A stretch of DNA of 64,000 nucleotides, from positions 40,114,001-40,178,000 of the forward strand of contig CM022665.1 of NCBI GenBank assembly GCA_012295275.1, given 5' to 3'. Position 1 is the first letter of the stretch; the number at the start of each line of letters is the position of its first letter. This document shows, piece after piece, positions 61,478-64,000 of this stretch. Made by a program: the position numbers and the translations under genes. Under the pieces are notes generated by a model, which did no database searches, was not told the DNA's origin, and worked only from the letters and a program-made list of their open reading frames with translations. The DNA is from Chrysomallon squamiferum. Taxonomy: Eukaryota; Animalia; Mollusca.

Positions 61478-63850
61478 CAGTGTTCAACATTAAATGTTTT
61501 TATTACTAGACCAGTGGACTAGTATGTCTCAGAATTTACTAGACCTGACCTAATATCAACTAGACCAAACTGATGAATATACCTTAGGCAGGGATAATTT
61601 TGTTGAACTTTGCTTCATATTGCACATTATTTGAAGAGTATACATAATCATTAACCAATGTAACTATATTTGAATAAAACATTGAAAAAAACATTGTACT
61701 GTAACATTTTTTTTGGCATATTGTACTCATGACTGAACAATATTTAACATTAAAAGTTAACGCTTGTAGTCTTATTACACTGGAACAAGCTAAACTGTCT
61801 CTGTGGCAGACAATGCAATATCACTTTTCTGTTGATGGTTTGTGATGACTCTTTCAGTCTGAGCTTGAATATTCACTTTTGTACACAGATTACTCATGGA
61901 TATTTTTATCTGCATCAATTCCATGGGATCATGGAAATCAGGATGCCTCGCCCTTTGCCCTCCATGCCACCACAGTTCCAATGCTTGTTGTGCATTGTAA
62001 CAGCCACATTTATCCCATCAACCAATATGGCCATCAGGCAATTCAGTATATCAATGTCCAGACGAGACCGCCAGTCTGACTTAATTCGGGCCATTCGGGA
62101 CTTAACCCTCTCTCACAGATTGCACTAGAGACTGGAATGCATAAGATGATCTCAACAAGCATGAGGACATTTTTCAGAGAATCCTTAAAGGTCTGGTTTG
62201 TAAACAGTCTATTAAAGAAGTCAGCACACACTGATGGTTCTGGGTTGTCTGTTCATGTGAACCTTCAGTGCAGACCATTCTGCTTCTTTAATGTGATCAA
62301 CGTCACAGCCCATTCTCTCCAGTACAACTGAATAATAGTGGCACAGTTCATTTAAACTTTTTTCTCCATACACTGCTCTCTCTGCCCCAGTTTGTGGAAG
62401 ATTGACTGGATAGAAAATTTGCATGTGCCTCAAGAGACGATCAGACTCTATGTCACCAGCTCTACTACTAATGTGGTTGATAACCAAGTCAATAAGAGCA
62501 TTCTGCTTAGTTAGGAACTGTTCCTGTGTCTATGTTGGGGAATGGAATTGAACATTCTTAAACTTATGGTCTTTTGTGACAATGTCCAGAAAATTCTGCA
62601 AGTTAACACCTGGCCACTGGTGTAGAGCTGAGAGTCTTAAACATGCAGTCTCCAGGGCCTCATTTGCTAATACATCCTTCAAGAAGTGCATGTAGTTCAA
62701 AACATTATAGTCCTTCTGGTGTCTAAGAATAAGTAGTGCTCTAGCTTGAACATCAACAGTCCTTGACTTCCCCTTGAATGTGGTTTCAAAATGTGCCACG
62801 AATGTAGAGTACTGACTCAAAAGGACATCAAGACATCAGCTTTGATGTGGCATCCACCTTGTTCCAAACAGACAAGTTTGACCATCTTGTCTTCCATGGG
62901 CTCTGACAACTTTAGTTGTCTCAGTGCCATAGCACTGTACTGGTAGTATTTATGTAAAGTAATTAGTACAGACTTGAGATCATCAAACATATTACCATCC
63001 TTTTGCTTCATTGCATCTATGGTCCCGAGTTCAAGTCTGTTGCTAACACAATGCATTGCAAACAAGTGAGGTACCTGGTCTTTGAGCAACTTAGCCATTA
63101 TAAATGTATTCCATAAAATGTCTACAGGCTTGGTCAGTATGGTACCTTTGATTTTCATTTAGCCTTCGAATAACAACATCCATAGGACCAATTACAGCCG
63201 GCTGACAAGCTGGAACCCCACTAGGACCAGAGTCTGACTCCAAGTAAGAACATTCTGAAACAACTGTGCCACGTTTGATGTCAAACATTTTATTTTTTTG
63301 TTTGTTTATGTGACGTGGATGCAGAGTGGCTTTTTATAGCATCAATTCTAAAATTATTTGTATCCTCGACAAATCTCCCTACAGTTTCTTATTTTCTGTA
63401 TGGGATGCAGAACATGATATCGCTTTCTTAGTCAAGCCACAAGAACTCGTCTTTCCATTTCTGCCAGAACTGTCGTTTTCGCTTTTCTTTTTCATATTTT
63501 TATTTATATTTTTATTTAGATTCTGCCTTACGCTTTCTTTGTCAGATGAAAACACGTATTTATGTGGTCCATGTTGTCTGCTCGATTACGACCGTAAACA
63601 GTCCGAAAACGGAATCAATTGTTCGTATATTTGAACACATCGGAAAATATTTATTCAGAGAACGTACACAATTGTATGCTTTGCATTTTATTGCCTTATT
63701 CGATTTATTGGACCAAAACAAACAAAAAATATTATAGTATTTACGACATAGATTTATACGTAGGAAATTTAGCACGCATATCTTCTTTATTCAACAAATC
63801 CCGGACGATTTCCGGCTAGACTGAACACCTCTTTAGTCCCACTACATGGG
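61478..63850 (-). mobile_element. Decayed hAT transposon (ZNF862-like transposase) in a GTF2E1 intron
   Basis: Frameshifted fragments: WKDEFLWLD*ESDIMFC (TTF-type Zn finger), MHCVSNRLEL, KYYQYS, IPVSSAICERGLS (hAT dimerisation). The CAGTGTTC left end is plausible; the right boundary is uncertain. Confidence 0.85.
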
Positions 63851-64000
63851 CGGGAAAAGTAAAAACGGTGGGATAGATCTTACAGGACGAGCATGAGGGC
63901 CAGATTATGAAATGAGAACAAAAAACAGTAAAAGCCAGTTCTGTTCGTGATAGCAAGAAGTTAGCGTGGTTCAGTTCCCCCGCGGATGTAATTGAGACAT

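Overview
AT-rich, microsatellite-dense animal DNA, probably molluscan (inferred from a tRNA-headed SINE resembling the common gastropod family), with one 200-N gap at 9452-9651. Recognisable content: the last exon of an unidentified gene, two exons of a cyclic-nucleotide-binding-domain gene cut off near the gap, and the last two exons of GTF2E1. There is also a 24-exon MAN2C1 copy that is 3'-truncated and carries a nonsense codon and a frameshift, a disabled 5' fragment of MTIF2, and mariner, pogo, Penelope and hAT remnants. Main discovery: a 4.7-7 kb block occurs three times, and each copy carries an intact four-exon minus-strand gene that the ORF track only partly shows. It encodes a 128-129 aa protein with two hydrophobic segments and an acidic tail, behind an RFX X-box/CRE promoter. 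Between copy 1 and copies 2/3 the exons are strongly diverged (about 70% nt identity in exons 3 and 4), while an intron sample is about 98% identical. In addition, a ~23 kb cassette of broken gene fragments (MTIF2, an orphan, MAN2C1) sits inside a (TA)n tract of a duplicated GTF2E1 3' flank. All gene models and counts were read by hand; no database search was run.
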